The notes beneath the pieces were generated by a model. It did not search any database. It was not told where the DNA came from and saw only the letters and a program-made list of their open reading frames with translations. A stretch of DNA of 64,000 nucleotides from assembly GCA_963823035.1 (NCBI GenBank), contig CAWGKG010000023.1, positions 128,001 to 192,000 of the forward strand. Reading direction: 5' to 3'. A program made the position numbers and the translations under genes. This document shows positions 1 through 9,385 of this stretch, in pieces. The DNA is from an uncultured Gemmatimonadales bacterium. Its GTDB lineage: Bacteria; Gemmatimonadota; Gemmatimonadetes; Longimicrobiales; Gaopeijiaceae. Numbering within the stretch: the first letter of the stretch is position 1; each line of letters opens with the position of its first letter.

Positions 1-435
1 CTTGCGGACCTCGAGTGGCCACAGCGTGGTGGGATAGCAGGTGCGGAAGCGGCAGCGCGTGCGCGAGCTGGTCGGCGGTGTGACCAGGCGGGCGCCCTGC
101 GGGATCTTCCACCCCGTGGCCAGCGTGGCCTGATCGGGGTCGAGCCGGAACTCCGCCAGCGACATCGAAGGCACCGGGCGGAGGTACTGCGGATAGACGA
201 CGTTCAGCAGCGCCTGCGAGATCTCCGGGAAGTCGTCGTCGATCTTGAGATGCACGCGCGCGGCCAGGAAGGCGAAGCCCTGGAGGAGGCGCTCGACGTG
301 CGGATCTTCCGAGCGCGTGCTCTCGATGCGCAGCCGCGACGCCACCGCCTTGTAGCTGTCGGCGAACTCGGCCCCGAGCTGGCGGAGGAAGGTGAGCTCC
401 CGTTCGTAGTAGTCCAGCAGCCGCTCATCTCTCAT
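1..435 (-). CDS. tssF: T6SS baseplate subunit TssF, 5' part (runs off window)
   Basis: Manual translation from ATG at 435 gives MRDERLLDYYERELTFLRQLGAEFA...DPHVERLLQGFAFLAARVHLKIDDDFPEISQALL..YPQYLRPVPSMS, the typical TssF N-terminus. Confidence 0.95.
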   Translation of the reverse strand, partial: MRDERLLDYYERELTFLRQLGAEFADSYKAVASRLRIESTRSEDPHVERLLQGFAFLAARVHLKIDDDFPEISQALLNVVYPQYLRPVPSMSLAEFRLDPDQATLATGWKIPQGARLVTPPTSSRTRCRFRTCYPTTLWPLEVRK

Positions 436-439
436 GCCG

Positions 440-913
440 TCAGTCCGCCACGGTGAACCGGCCGCTGTGCATCTCCAGCACCGTGTCGAAGCGCACGCGC
501 TCCGGGTCGGGGTCGAGGCGCAGCGTGGCTTCGATCACGAACTTGAGGTCACGGCCCTTCTTCTCCGTCCCCTCGGCGCGCGAGATGCGGACGTCCGTCA
601 GGCGGGGCTCGAACAGCTCGATCTCCCGCTCGATGGCGCGCAGCAGCCGGGCGGGCGTGGCCGTCGAGTCCGCGCTCATCGAGGCGAAGTCGGGGAGGCC
701 GTAGTTGTAGATCGACTGCTCCAGCTCCACGTAGGGCGCGGTGGCGGGAGAACCGGACTCACGGGTGTTGAGGAGGGATTCGAGGTCGCGCAGGAGGTTG
801 ACCTTCAACTGCTCGACCGAATCGTCCCACCCCGCCGGCTCACGCCAGCCCTTATCCACCAGTCGATCCAGGATCGACTGGCGCACCGTCCGGGGCCGGT
901 TGCGCTGGTTCAT
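440..913 (-). CDS. tssE: T6SS baseplate subunit TssE (gp25-like)
   Basis: SILDRL, LRDLESLLNTR, SIYNYGLPDF and IELFEPRL motifs in ORF 440..1111; start placed at ATG 913. Confidence 0.93.
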   Translation of the reverse strand: MNQRNRPRTVRQSILDRLVDKGWREPAGWDDSVEQLKVNLLRDLESLLNTRESGSPATAPYVELEQSIYNYGLPDFASMSADSTATPARLLRAIEREIELFEPRLTDVRISRAEGTEKKGRDLKFVIEATLRLDPDPERVRFDTVLEMHSGRFTVAD

Positions 914-2797
914 CTCGGGACTCCGCTTTGGCCGGTGGTGGGTTCGAAGCCGGCGCCGCGCCCGAACCCGCACCCTGCAGGGAGAAGGCGAGCACCGGAT
1001 CCAGGCGGCACAGCTGGTCGTAGAGCTGGCCGCGCCGCTTGTCGTTGGCCGGAAGGCAACGATACAGGAGGCCGACGGGCCTCGCCACGACCTCGGCCGC
1101 CTCCCAGTCACCCAGGTTCCGCTTGGTGATCAGCTCGACGAGGTCCTCGAGCATCGGTCGGGCCACCGCCACCATCCCCGCGTCCACGAGCACGGAGGCG
1201 GCCAGGGACTCGGTGATGAAGCGCGCGCGCTCGCTCTCCTCGCGCTCGGCGCGCTTCTTCAGCAGCTCGACGCCACGCATGGGATTGCCGGAGGCCGCCC
1301 ACTCGAGCGCCTTCTCGTGCGTGGCCTCGCTCAGGACGCGCTCCCGGTCGTAGTCGGGCGCCGCGCCCGACGCGGCCGCCTCGCCCTTTCCCTCTCCGGA
1401 CAGGCCGTTCAGCCCCAGCCATTCCAACGTCTCCGCGTTGGCGGTGGGGGTGTCGTCCATCAGGGTGGCGGACAGGATCCCGGGCACGTCGCGCAGAAGG
1501 GCCGCGATCTCCCCCTTGATGGCGTCGGCGGCGGGACGGTACGTGCTCCCGAGCGCCTCCATGGCCGTGAGGACGTAGCGCTGGAGGTCGAGCCAGCCAC
1601 GCCCCCACGTCCCGGCCATGACCTCCTCGCCCGCCTCGACCAGGGCCGCCCAATCCCCGTTGAGCACGAGGGTCTTCAGGCGCTTGCGCAGCTCCGTGGG
1701 CGGCGCGTCCAGAAGGCGCACGTCCAGCGCCCCGCCGCCCTTGCGCAGCTCTCCCCAGCGCAGGCCGCGCAGGAGGAGGTACGGAGACGGGTCGGTCGGG
1801 TCCGCGCGTCGGAGGAAGCGCGCCGCCGTCGCGACGCGGCGATGCGCGTCCTCGGCGTCCGTCGGCTCCGGAGCGAGCCCTGCGGACGCCCCCGCCCGTG
1901 CCGGTGCCGCGGCGCGCCCGACACCGCGACCGATCCGGCGCCGTCCACGTCCGTGGCCGAGGTGGACCCACCCTCCTGCGGCCCCTCGGAGACCGGATCC
2001 GGCTCCAACTCGAGCTTCTTGTCCAGGAGCGACTGCACGGCGGCGGTGGCGCGTCCCATCACATCCTTGAGCTTGGCGAAGCTCGGCTTCGGGCCCTTGA
2101 GATCCTTGAAGCGCTCCTTGACCTGCGCCTCGAGGGTCCCCACGGCCTCCGTGCAGCTCGCGAGCTGGGCCCGCAGCTCCTTGTAGCGGGCCTTCGGCGT
2201 CTCGGCGAAGCCACTCTCGAAGTTGGCGGCGGTGGGCGCACGCGGATCCTCCTCGGGCGCGCCGGCCTTCTTCTTCTTCGCGCCGGCGTCGTCGCCACCG
2301 AACGAGTCCTTGGTGACACCCCTCCACTCCTCGAACTGGTGGAGGTCGTGGCCCCAGGCCGTGATCGGCACGAGCTTGACGGGCTCGTGCTTCTCGCCGC
2401 GGGTGGTGAAGCCCTCTCCCAGGAACTCGAGCGCGAAGGCGCGGTCCTCCAGCTCCTCGGGATGGAGGTGCTCCCAGAATCGGTCGATGAGGCCGAGGAT
2501 GAGCCGGAGGCCGTTGTCCAGCCCCTCGAAACCCTCCAGGTCGAGCAGCGCCTCGGAAAGCCAGATCGCGACGGTCAGATCCTTCGACTGCTCCGCGAGG
2601 ATCTGCGTCGCGACCTCGACGATCTCCTCGTGACACTCCCGGACCAACGACCTGAGCTCGCTGACCGTGACCTGCGTGCTGGGCCTTCGAGCCGCGCGCA
2701 GCGTGGCGATGCGCGCGTAGTCGTCTTCGTAGGTGACTTCGGTGCCGCCCGGGCGCTCGTCGGAGATGGGCGCCAGCAGTCCCTCGGGAAGGGGCAT
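852..2797 (-). CDS. tssA: T6SS TssA (ImpA_N plus VasJ-like domain); frame break near 1900
   Basis: N-terminal LLAPIS..PGG and SKDLTVAIWLSEAL..GL..GL..FWEHLHP (ORF 1676..2797) joined to P.PYLLLRGLRWGE..WLDLQRY (ORF 852..2636). The 3' end overlaps tssE and is uncertain. Confidence 0.88.
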
Positions 2798-2804
2798 GGG
2801 AGCG

Positions 2805-3524
2805 TCAGCTCGAGGCGGCCGACGGGCCTTCGATCTCGAGCTCGCGCAGCTCGAGGATCGGGAAGTCCTCGTCGTCCACGAGCAGCATCTTCTGGCCCAT
2901 GGGTGCCTGCAGACCGTCGGGGAGGTCGACCCAACGAGTGACCCTTCCCAGGCGCACCAGCTCGTCCTCGTCCCGAGACGCGGCCGGCGTCAGCACCGGC
3001 AGGAGCGCCTCGCCCAGGTCGACGCTGGACAGCGACTCCCCGGCCTGGAGGTGCACCGGCGACCACAGGAGGTCGCGCAGGCGGTGGGGCGGCTCCACGG
3101 ACACCTGCGTCAGGTGCTCGAGCGGAATCCAGGAGTACTGCCCCCCGAGGAAGAGCTCCAGACGCGCGCCGATACGCGGGTCCGCGTCCTCGAGCCGCTC
3201 GAACGGCTCGCCGTTGAGGCGGCCACGCACGGGACGGGCCTCCTGCTTGGACTCCGGAAACGAGCCCTCGGCGAACATCTGCGCGCGCTCCTGCTCGCAC
3301 TCGAGGATGCGACCGTACGCCAGGACACCGAGCGTGGCCTCGGGGTCGGAGCGGGCGAGCACGTCGAGCTGCTTCACGGCCCGATCGTAGTCACCCGCGA
3401 AGCAGAGGAGCTCGAAGAGGAACGTCCGACGCTGGACGTCGGTCGGCCGGTCCCGCACCTCCGCGTTGAGCGCCGCGATCGCCTCCGTGAGCTTGCCTTC
3501 CTGGTAGAGCGTCTTGGCGTCCAA
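2805..3524 (-). CDS. tagJ: T6SS accessory protein TagJ/ImpE/SciE
   Basis: GKLTEAIAAL..VRDRPTD..RTFLFELLCFAGDYDRA..QL, DADPRIG..LE, P..LRDLLW and GQKMLLVD motifs; TTG start. Confidence 0.92.
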   Translation of the reverse strand: MDAKTLYQEGKLTEAIAALNAEVRDRPTDVQRRTFLFELLCFAGDYDRAVKQLDVLARSDPEATLGVLAYGRILECEQERAQMFAEGSFPESKQEARPVRGRLNGEPFERLEDADPRIGARLELFLGGQYSWIPLEHLTQVSVEPPHRLRDLLWSPVHLQAGESLSSVDLGEALLPVLTPAASRDEDELVRLGRVTRWVDLPDGLQAPMGQKMLLVDDEDFPILELRELEIEGPSAASS

Positions 3525-3547
3525 AGCCCTCCCTCGGCAGGACGGTG

Positions 3548-3597
3548 CCCGCCGCGGAGGCAGAATCCCGGTTGCCCCCGGGGTCCTCCGCGGCGGG
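3548..3597. terminator. Strong hairpin between hcp and tagJ (terminator or mRNA stabiliser)
   Basis: CCCGCCGCGGAGG (3548-3560) is the exact reverse complement of CCTCCGCGGCGGG (3585-3597). No U-tract is visible. Confidence 0.5.
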
Positions 3598-3611
3598 AAT
3601 CCGACTCGGGG

Positions 3612-4104
3612 TTACGGTGTGCGGGTGCGGACGTCCCAGCTCCCGACCTTGGTCCCGGTGGCCGTGCCGTCCTCGCCCTGGATCTTGTACGTGACGGTCA
3701 CCTTGCCGAACGCGAACGACACCGACTCGTGCGGCACGGGATCACCGCCCTCCGCGCCGGACCAGCTGATGTTGGTCACGTAGACCTCCTCGAAGTCGTA
3801 CACGAGGTAGTCCAGCGGCCCGCCGGTCACCTCCCGACTTGTACAGGGTCAGCTTGGCGGTGGGGTAGTGCTCGCCGGTGCACAGCTGCTGGAACATGTC
3901 CGCGCTGGACGCGTCGGTCTTCTTCTGGACCATGAACTCCGACAGCGCCACCACCCCGGTGCCGCCGCCGCTGCCCTGGCCCACGCTGGAGATGTTGCTT
4001 CCACCGAACTGGAAGGCCAGCACTTCGATCTCACCCTCGTGGCCTTCCCTCTGCGACTCGCTCTCGACGCCCTCCACTGCCAGGTACGCGTCCCATCCAG
4101 CCAT
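3612..4104 (-). CDS. hcp: T6SS tube protein Hcp; +1 indel near 3826
   Basis: AYLAVEGVESESQ..HEGEIEVLAFQFG..KKTDASS..C.GEH (ORF 3742..4104) plus YL..FEEVYVT..ESVSFAFGKVTVTY..GSWDVR (ORF 3612..3830). Confidence 0.95.
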
Positions 4105-4159
4105 GGTGCTCTCCTCTCGAGGGTTGGGTCTTCAGGCGACGGTCGGCATCCCGCACCGT

Positions 4160-5656
4160 CTAGGCTTCAGGTACATCCGCGACCAGCCGCAGCGAGAAGT
4201 CCACCGCGTCGAGCTGGAAGTGCGGCCGCAGGTACGCCACGGCCTGGTACTGCCCCGGCGCCCGCGGGTTCTCCACCACGTCGATGCGGGCGTCGCTGAG
4301 CGGCTTCTTGGCCTTCTGGTCTTCGGGAGCGCCCTCGCTCTTGAGGACGTACTCGCTGATCCAGTTCTGCAGCATCTTCTGCAGCTCGTTCTTCGTCTTG
4401 TAGCTGCCGATGTAGTCGCGCATCATCACCTTCAGGTAATGCGCGAAGCGGGACACCGCGAAGATGTACGGAAGCTGCGCCGAGATGGCCGCGTTGGCCG
4501 TGGCGGCGTCGCCGCCCGTGCCCACGTACTCCTTCGGCTTCTGCGCGGACTGGACGCTGAAGAAGACGGCGTTGGCCGAGTTCTTCTCGTTGGCCAGCGG
4601 CGCGAAGCCGAGCTTGGCCATCTCCATCTCGTGGTCGTCCGGGATCACGGTCTCGGTCGGGCACTTCATCGCGATGTCGCCCGAGTCCGTCTCGAACGTG
4701 TGCACCGGAAGTCCCTCGAGCTTCCCGCCGGAGGTGACGCCGCGGATGCGCGCGCACCACCCGTGCTGGGCGAACGCGCCGTTCACGCGGGCCGCCAGGC
4801 CCCACGCGGCGTTCCCCCACAGGTAACGGTCGTGCTCCTTCCCGGAGACGTCCTCCTCGAAGTCGAAGGCGTCGACCGGGTTCTGCGTGCCGAAGGGCTC
4901 CCGCAGGAGCATGCGCGGGGCGGTCAGGGCGACGTAGCGTGAGTCCTCGCTGTCGCGGAAGGCGCGCCACTGCGCGTAGTCCGAGCCCTCGAACACGGAC
5001 GAGAGCTGGTACATGTTGTTGAGCTCGGTGAAGCTCTCGAACCCGAACATCTCCGGAGCCGTCCCCGTGATGAAGGGGGCGTGCGCCGCCGCCGAGATCT
5101 TCGACATCGCCTCGAGCAGCTTGATGTCCTGGCCGGTCTTGTCGAACGCGAAGTCGCCGACGAGGGCCCCGTAGGGGTTCCCGCCGAAGACGTTGTACTC
5201 CTCCTGATAGACCTTCCGGAAGAGCTCGCTCCGGTCCACCCCCATCGCCGCGCGGCCCGCGGTGACGTCGCGCAGGAGCTCCTTCTTCGTGATCGGCAGC
5301 ACACGGACCTTGAGCATGGGCCCGGTCTCGGTGTTGGCGATCAGGTAGCGGAGCCCGGTCCAGGTGGACTCGAGCTTCTGGAACTTCTCGTGGTGCATGA
5401 TCACGTTCAGCTGCGCCGAGACCAGGCGGTCGATCTCGGCGATCTGCTGATTGAGCATCGCCTCCGTGTCCGCGCTGAACGTGACGGCGCCCTCCAGCAC
5501 GTCCTTCACGAACATCTTGATCATGTCGCGGCCACGCTGCTTGGCCTCGGTCTCCTTGCCGAACCGACCCTCTTCGACGATCTGGTCGAGGAGACTCCCT
5601 TCGGTGACCTCGGCCTCTCCCGCCGCCGCGGCCTTTTCCTGCTCAGGACTCGCCAT
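4160..5656 (-). CDS. tssC: T6SS sheath large subunit TssC/VipB
   Basis: Intact 498 aa; FQKLESTWTGLRYL, AAAHAPFI, WRAFRDSEDSRY, YLWGNAA, SRFAHYLK, LRPHFQL. Confidence 0.97.
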   Translation of the reverse strand: MASPEQEKAAAAGEAEVTEGSLLDQIVEEGRFGKETEAKQRGRDMIKMFVKDVLEGAVTFSADTEAMLNQQIAEIDRLVSAQLNVIMHHEKFQKLESTWTGLRYLIANTETGPMLKVRVLPITKKELLRDVTAGRAAMGVDRSELFRKVYQEEYNVFGGNPYGALVGDFAFDKTGQDIKLLEAMSKISAAAHAPFITGTAPEMFGFESFTELNNMYQLSSVFEGSDYAQWRAFRDSEDSRYVALTAPRMLLREPFGTQNPVDAFDFEEDVSGKEHDRYLWGNAAWGLAARVNGAFAQHGWCARIRGVTSGGKLEGLPVHTFETDSGDIAMKCPTETVIPDDHEMEMAKLGFAPLANEKNSANAVFFSVQSAQKPKEYVGTGGDAATANAAISAQLPYIFAVSRFAHYLKVMMRDYIGSYKTKNELQKMLQNWISEYVLKSEGAPEDQKAKKPLSDARIDVVENPRAPGQYQAVAYLRPHFQLDAVDFSLRLVADVPEA

Positions 5657-6161
5657 TCTCGCCTCCCTCGGCCTCGATCTCGGCCTTCAGCCGGCCCTTC
5701 TCGTCGTCGTCGCCCAGCGCCTTCTGGATGGCCTGGTCGAGCTTGTAGTTGCTCGCGAGCTTCCCCCTCAGATCGGCCAGCTGCGCCCGCTTGTCGAGCA
5801 GGGCCTTCAGGGGCTCGACGCGCTCCGCCACCTTCGCCGGCGAGAAGTCGTCGAAGGACTCGAAGTTCAGGTCCACGCCCAGCTTGCCCCCGTCGTCCGA
5901 CAGCTTGTTGTCGACCGAGAAGGTGAGCTTCGGCTTCGTGGACTTGAGGACCTTGTCGAAGTTGTCCGGGCTGATCTCGATGAACTTCCGGTCCTTGAGG
6001 TCGGGGAGGTCTCCGGCCCCGTCACCCGCGAGATCGGCCATCACGCCCATGATGAAGGGCAGCTCTCTCTTTACGATCGCGTCCCCGACTTCGACGTCAT
6101 ACGAGATATTGACCCGCGTGGGTCGTTGCCGATTCCGCCTCTTCTGAAAGCTCTCCGCCAT
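5643..6161 (-). CDS. tssB: T6SS sheath small subunit TssB/VipA
   Basis: RVNISYDVE..RELPFIMGVMADL..DRKFIEI..NFD..FESFDDFSP; start ATG 6161; overlaps the tssC start. Confidence 0.96.
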   Translation of the reverse strand: MAESFQKRRNRQRPTRVNISYDVEVGDAIVKRELPFIMGVMADLAGDGAGDLPDLKDRKFIEISPDNFDKVLKSTKPKLTFSVDNKLSDDGGKLGVDLNFESFDDFSPAKVAERVEPLKALLDKRAQLADLRGKLASNYKLDQAIQKALGDDDEKGRLKAEIEAEGGENGES

Positions 6162-6264
6162 GGTCAGGCTCCTGCTCCTGCGCGTGATTTGGGCCCGCGC
6201 GCAGTGGGTGGGAGGGAGACCCCGGATCCTCCGCCGCGACGGGACGCTGAGCTTGGGGTCTCCA

Positions 6265-6293
6265 CAACTACGTTCCCGGGTGAATCCTGTCAA
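6265..6293 (-). promoter_or_regulatory. Candidate sigma70 promoter of the tssB-tssC-hcp operon
   Basis: Minus strand reads TTGACA-17 nt-TAGTTG: a perfect -35 and an imperfect -10, about 100 nt upstream of tssB. Confidence 0.5.
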
Positions 6294-6355
6294 GCGACGA
6301 AAGGCCGCACGACGGCTTCATTCCCGGGCGTTCGCGGGTGCCGCGGGGACCCCCC

Positions 6356-7835
6356 TCAGCGTGTGCTCCACCACGCCCCGAGCGGCCCGCGCGGGGCCGC
6401 CACCGACCCGATCCAGGTCACGCGCACGCGCGCCTCGCCACGATAGGTCACGAGGGGCATCACCCCGCGCGAACGGACGCGCTCGGCGGCGTCGGCGGTC
6501 CACGGAGCGAGGAGCGGATAGGCCCCCACCTCTCCGTCGTCGCGCGCGTGGATGGGGCGCCCCCCGAAGTCGGCGGGACCTTCGGAGGCGAGGCTCCACC
6601 CCCGCTCGGCGAAGGAGGCCGCGAGGGCCGCCGCGCACATGAAGGCCGGGTCACCCCAGACGTACCGCTCCGCGCGGGGCTCGCCGCTTCCCGCACCGGC
6701 CTCCTCGAAGCCCTCCAGCTCGCAGGGGTCGGTCGTCGGCCCGTACGGCAGGCGCGCGAGGAAGGGAGGCGCGGCGAGGCCCACGGCCGCCGCGGCCTCC
6801 GTCTCGCGGAAGAGCTGCCACAACTCGGACGGATCCTCCGTCTCCGGGAACGGATCGGAGAGGTCCCCGTACGCCTCGACGCCCAGGAGGCTCGGCGCGG
6901 CGGAGGAGATCCACGCCGCGCCGAGCGTGTGCGCGAGCATCGCGATGCGGTTGAGGAGGGCCACATCCCGGACGGCTCCCCCGAACGCGAAGGCGCCCAC
7001 GATCAGCGCGGGCGCCGAATCCGCACACGGGCCCGAGAGGGGCTCCGCGAGCGCGCGCAGCAGCGCGCTCCGCTCCAGCCCCGCGGCGAGATCGCCTTCC
7101 AGCTCGTCGCGTGTCAGATCGAGGACGTGCACGCGCACGCCCCGGGACGGGTCCGCGCTCGACAGCACGAGGAGAAGCGAGCGCAGAAGGCCCTCCAGCG
7201 CCCGCACAGGCGGTGCCTCGAGCACGCGTCGCACCTGATCCGCGGCCTCGCGCATCAGGCGGCCGCGAAGCGCCTCCTGGTCCTCGGTGTCCTGGCGCAC
7301 CAGGTGGGGGGACACGACCGAGCGGATCCACGGCTCCAGATCGGGGATCGAGCCCGCTCGACGTCCGCTCGGGTGCGCGCGGCGTGGCCTCCACGATCTC
7401 GTCCAGAAGGCCCGGGGAGGGCGCGGGCCGCTCGGTCGGCGCCTCGTCCGCCCTCGACGTCCCACCGCCGCGATGCTCCGCGACCGCCGGCTCGATCGCC
7501 TCCACGAGCGCGCGCAGGTGCGGCACGCTCGCGACGAGTCGATCGGGGTGCAGGTCCTCCAGCTCGCGGACCGCGATCCGGACGCGGCCCGGTCCCTCGA
7601 GCTCGAAGTCGAGCGTGGGGCGCAGCCGGTCGAGCACGTCCTCGACCGAGCGCACCGCGAAGGGACGCCGTTCGGAGAGGGGCTTCCCGGCGGCGCGCGA
7701 CCCGTGCGCCCGCCCGGAGAAGTCGCCCAGCACCACCATGCAGAAGGGCGGCGCCTCGGACGGGGACGCCCCGCCTTCCGCGGCGTGCGGGTCGACGGAG
7801 AGGGAGACGCGGGCGCGCTCGGGGTTGTCATTCAT
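6356..7835 (-). CDS. Fused TssB-like plus TssC N-terminal-like sheath-domain protein; frame break near 7345
   Basis: TssB-like PFCMVVLGDFSG..ELEDLHPDRLVASVP.LRAL (in ORF 6651..8642) followed by TssC-like VRALEGLLRSL..VHVLDLT..W..FR..FLARLPYG..YVWGDPA (ORF 6356..7831). Confidence 0.8.
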
Positions 7836-7973
7836 GGGCGGAAGGCGTTTCCGGGGAGGGAGGATGTCTGGCCGCGACCGATGCCGGATGATATACGTCA
7901 GGTCGCCGTTCGAGGCCACGGGACGCCGTTCCGTCGCCGCGCCTGCACCAGAAGGCCGCTGAGCCACGGACAG

Positions 7974-9372
7974 ATGAGCATGAGACAGATGCAAAGCGTC
8001 CTCTGGACCAAGGGCGTGCTGCTCAACCCGCAGCACCTCCAGACCCAGGACCGATACCTGGAGGACAAGCTCTCCTTCCACGTGTCGAGCCTCGTGTTCT
8101 GCCCGTGGGGGTTCTCCGAGCTGGAGGTGGACGCCGAAGCGGCCGAAGCCGGGGAGCTGCGGCTCGCTGCGCGCGACCGGGCTCTTCCCGGACGGTCTCG
8201 TCTTCGACACGCCGCGCGCCGACGCCGCGCCCCCTCCCCGGCCGATCGAGGGACACTGGCAGCCCGACCAGACGGCGATGACGGTCCACCTGGCCATCCC
8301 GGAGTTCAGGAGCGGGGGGAGGAACTTCGGGTCGAGCGGCGACGAGTCCGGAACGCGCTTCTCCCCCGAAGTGGTCGCGGTGCGCGACGAGAACACGGGG
8401 CGGAGCGAGAAGGAGATCCTCGTCGCCCGGAAGAACTTCCGGATCCTCTTCCAGGACGAGGCGTCCGAGGGCTCCACCACCATGCCGATCGCGCGTCTGT
8501 TGCGCACCCCGGCGGGGGAGGCCCGCCTCGACCCCACGTTCGTGCCGGAGATCCTCGACATCTCGGCGAGTGGGCACGTCATGATGATCGCGCGCCGCCT
8601 GGTCGAGATCCTGTCGGCCCGGAGCGCGGAGCTGGGCGGCATCCGGCGCCAGCGCAGCAGCGGCCTGGCGGAGTTCGGCCGGCTGGACGTCGCGCATTTC
8701 TGGCTGCTCTACACGATCAACTCCTACCTGCCGCTCTTCCGCCACCTGCAGGCGGAGCGTCCCGCGCCCCTGGGCACGGATGCGCCCCGGGCGAGGCGTG
8801 CGCACCCGGCGGAGCTGTACCGCACGATGGCGGAGCTCGCCGCGACGCTCATGACGTTCGCTCCGTCACGGCATCCGCGTGACCTTCCCGCCTACGATCA
8901 TGCGAACCTCTCCGAGTGTCTCACGGAGCTGGACGTGGTCCTCAGGGAGCTGCTGGACACGGCCATCCCCACGAACTGCGTGACGCTCAAGCTCGAGGAG
9001 AAGGAACGCTCGATCTACGCGACCTCCCTCGACGAGGATCGTTGGCTCTCCGCCGTGCAGGCCTATCTCGCCGTGACCAGCGAGATGGACCAGAGCCGAC
9101 TCATCCAGAAGGCACCGGACTGGATCAAGGTCGCGTCGCGCGACCAGATCCGGGATCTGCTCAACCGGGCGGTGCCCGGCGTGACGCTCCGGCACCAACC
9201 CACGCCGCCGAGCGCCGTGCCGCTCAAGATGGGGTGCCAGTACTTCCACCTGGAGATGACCGGCCCGCTGTGGTCCGCCATCCTGCAATCCCGCAGCCTG
9301 GCCGCATGGATCCCCTCGGAGATCCCCCAGCCCGAGATCGAGCTGGTGCTCCTCCTGCCGCCGGAGAAGTAG
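7974..9372 (+). CDS. tssK: T6SS baseplate subunit TssK (copy 1); frame break near 8170
   Basis: VLWTKGVLLNPQHLQTQDRY..PWGF..GLFPDG, then LDPTFVP, HPAELYR, LPAYDH, VPGVTL..P.AVP..YFHL. Confidence 0.93.
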
Positions 9373-9385
9373 CGGGCGTCGCCGC

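Noticed and set aside
3800..3850. Programmed frameshift in hcp
   Set aside because: No slippery heptamer; removing one C (GAC-C-GGC) restores a normal Hcp.
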